IMG/VR virus record: IMGVR_UViG_3300032246_002821
Span: 118,954-182,953 of that record
Reading direction: 5' to 3' (one strand)
Length of the DNA: 64,000 nucleotides
Source of the DNA: a virus
A program made the position numbers and the translations under genes. Under the pieces are notes generated by a model that was not told the origin of the DNA, searched no databases, and saw nothing but the letters and a program-made list of their open reading frames with translations. Shown one piece after another: positions 62,306 through 64,000 of the stretch. Position 1 is the first letter of the stretch, and each line of letters begins with the position of its first letter.

Positions 62306-62992
62306 TTATCCAAATATCAGCGCCAACACTGTGGCTTTTGTCTTAGTTATCAATTCGTCACCAGTACCACTATTTACCACGTACAATCCGGTACCGCCGC
62401 TTCCCACTGTATTGGCGAAAAGCATAGTGAAATTGGTCTGGTTAGATGGAGCACTGCCCTGATATGCAAACTTAGCAACATCATTGATGACAACATAGCC
62501 GGTGCCATTGCCCTGCAGATAAAGATCCTGGTTGGTACCAGTGGTCCAGATATTACCGTTGCCGATGCTGGTGTTGGAAATCCTTAGATTTCCATTATTC
62601 AGTGTCAGATTGGCACTGCCATACAGGTAATTGGCATTGTTCCACTGGATGGCGCCTTGTTGGCCCACAGCAGCGATAGTAGCACTTGCTGTGATAGCAC
62701 TATATGTGCTACCGTCGTTGGTCAATTCCCAACGTGTGTTTGTTTCGCTCCAGCGGATCTGCACATTGGGACTAGTCCCACGATCCACTTCGATAGCAGC
62801 ACCCCCGGCAAGAGGTGTGGTTGTTCCGTGATTGAGCGTGAGGATGCTATCTGTGATGACACTGTTAGTGATATCTTGAGTACTAGTATTACCCATGATC
62901 TGCAAATTGCCGTGTATGGTTACCACATTTGCAAAAATGTCATATGGTGCTAGATTACCATCGTTTCCGATTACTCTTTTACTACTGCTCAT
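62306..62992 (-). CDS. structural protein
   Basis: 228 aa; TAAATA at 63009-63014 (minus strand). Confidence 0.72.
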   Translation of the reverse strand: MSSSKRVIGNDGNLAPYDIFANVVTIHGNLQIMGNTSTQDITNSVITDSILTLNHGTTTPLAGGAAIEVDRGTSPNVQIRWSETNTRWELTNDGSTYSAITASATIAAVGQQGAIQWNNANYLYGSANLTLNNGNLRISNTSIGNGNIWTTGTNQDLYLQGNGTGYVVINDVAKFAYQGSAPSNQTNFTMLFANTVGSGGTGLYVVNSGTGDELITKTKATVLALIFG

Positions 62993-63034
62993 GAGTTGTT
63001 CCTGGAAATATTTATGCCTAATCAGGCACAGATG

Positions 63035-63065
63035 AAAATAGCAGCCCTGAGGCTGCTATTTTTTT
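63035..63065. terminator. bidirectional intrinsic terminator
   Basis: AAAATAGCAGCC-CTGA-GGCTGCTATTTTTTT. Confidence 0.85.
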
Positions 63066-63080
63066 GTATTTTTTTACAGA

Positions 63081-63725
63081 TTAAGCACCTGGAATACGTG
63101 CAGTTGTGCTTGTGGGATTACCAAAAGTCCACTGATACTTGTTGCCAGCGAAATCTCTTACAAATTTGTTGCTGAGACTCTGTGCTAATTGTCCGCTGTA
63201 AAGGCTGATAGCAGCAGTGTTTGAGAAACTTTGGCTGCTCTGGAAGCTGACGTTGGCGTTGCCCACACCGTTGGTTACACTATAAGATGTTATCTTGACA
63301 TTTCCTACAATACCAGGAACGCCACGAACATAATCACCCACAGCTGGTGTACTTACAGCAGCCAGGTTAGCTGAGTTGAAACGTACCCACGCAAAAGTAG
63401 TTGGGCTACTGGTAACATTGACGTTGCAATAGCTAAGATATGCAGTATCAATACCGATACTCATTGAACCAGCAGAAAGATTGGCGTTGGGGTAATTTGC
63501 CAGTGTACAAACACCTGTGTTTGTACCATCTGTAACTAGAAATTTACTACGTCCTTTCTGACGCAACACACTACCAAGTGCTGCAAAAGTTGCACCTGTC
63601 ACATATACGTTTGGACGAATCTGAGTTCCAGCAATACTTGTGAGACCACCAGTACCACCGATCACGTTGCCTGCATCAGCATACTGGTTCACAGTTGCTG
63701 ACTTCTGAATTTTAAACTTTCCCAT
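63081..63725 (-). CDS. putative virion structural protein
   Basis: 214 aa, SD aggag; TAAATA at 63793-63798 (minus strand). Confidence 0.75.
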   Translation of the reverse strand: MGKFKIQKSATVNQYADAGNVIGGTGGLTSIAGTQIRPNVYVTGATFAALGSVLRQKGRSKFLVTDGTNTGVCTLANYPNANLSAGSMSIGIDTAYLSYCNVNVTSSPTTFAWVRFNSANLAAVSTPAVGDYVRGVPGIVGNVKITSYSVTNGVGNANVSFQSSQSFSNTAAISLYSGQLAQSLSNKFVRDFAGNKYQWTFGNPTSTTARIPGA

Positions 63726-63819
63726 TTTTATTACTCCTGAAAAGACGTTCTAGGTCGCCGGCTGGGTCACCGTAATCTATTAAACGACAAGGTATTTATG
63801 GTAAATTACGATTAATATA

Positions 63820-63999
63820 TTAAAATGGTTTTATTGTTGAAGTTTGTGTTATAGTTCCGTGTGATGTAACAGTTTGAACACCGCTTGCATCACCAGTAAT
63901 AGTATCACCAAGCATCAGGTATTGTGTATTTGTAATTGCAGTAAGTGCTGAATTAGGAACAGTTATACTTGTTAAATTAGGATCATATGGTGTTGAACC
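63820..63999 (-). CDS. 3' end of a LamG-type fibre-associated gene entering from the right edge (partial)
   Basis: hand translation ...PNSALTAITNTQYLMLGD...TIKPF*. Confidence 0.6.
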   Translation of the reverse strand, partial: GSTPYDPNLTSITVPNSALTAITNTQYLMLGDTITGDASGVQTVTSHGTITQTSTIKPF

Positions 64000-64000
64000 A

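Noticed and set aside
42329-62992. Gly/Thr/Asn-rich repeats as a DGR, CRISPR or tandem DNA repeat
   Set aside because: The repeats are protein-level fibre motifs with divergent codons; no reverse transcriptase, no TR/VR pair and no spacer-repeat array was seen.
1-64000. Stop-codon reassignment (common in some jumbo phages)
   Set aside because: Long genes are intact in code 11; apparent gaps are filled by real ORFs under 60 aa; no suppressor anticodon (CUA/UCA/UUA) was found.

Overview
This window is 64 kb of a large T4-like (jumbo) tailed phage genome in standard code 11; I saw no sign of stop-codon recoding. The host is probably an alphaproteobacterium, inferred from Rhizobiales-like olsB/plcP/agt genes and a tRNA-His lacking G-1. 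Layout: (1) 1-11 kb, small early genes with an MBD4-like glycosylase, GGCT, a PseT-type phosphatase and a putative PD-(D/E)xK nuclease next to a DNA methyltransferase. (2) 11-18 kb, a glycosylation-like operon: three GT10-like paralogues, a 2OG oxygenase, a PLP enzyme and ugd. (3) 19-22.5 kb, a phosphate-starvation membrane-lipid remodelling module (olsB, plcP, agt) with two Pho-box-like direct repeats. (4) 22.5-32 kb, 22 tRNA genes mixed with cargo genes and several unexplained structured RNAs. This cluster is preceded by an attenuator-like leader whose 25-codon peptide uses 19 of the 20 amino acids. (5) 33-38 kb, a sodium:solute symporter with hydroxylase, P-loop and methyltransferase genes. 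(6) 38-64 kb, neck, tail terminator, baseplate and tail-fibre genes with TAAATA late promoters, including a Hint-split Gly-rich protein and a C1q-like array. The two strongest candidates for undescribed systems are the Pho-regulated lipid-remodelling module and the tRNA-depletion-sensing attenuator. All family assignments are by motif recognition by eye; no database searches or folding programs were run.
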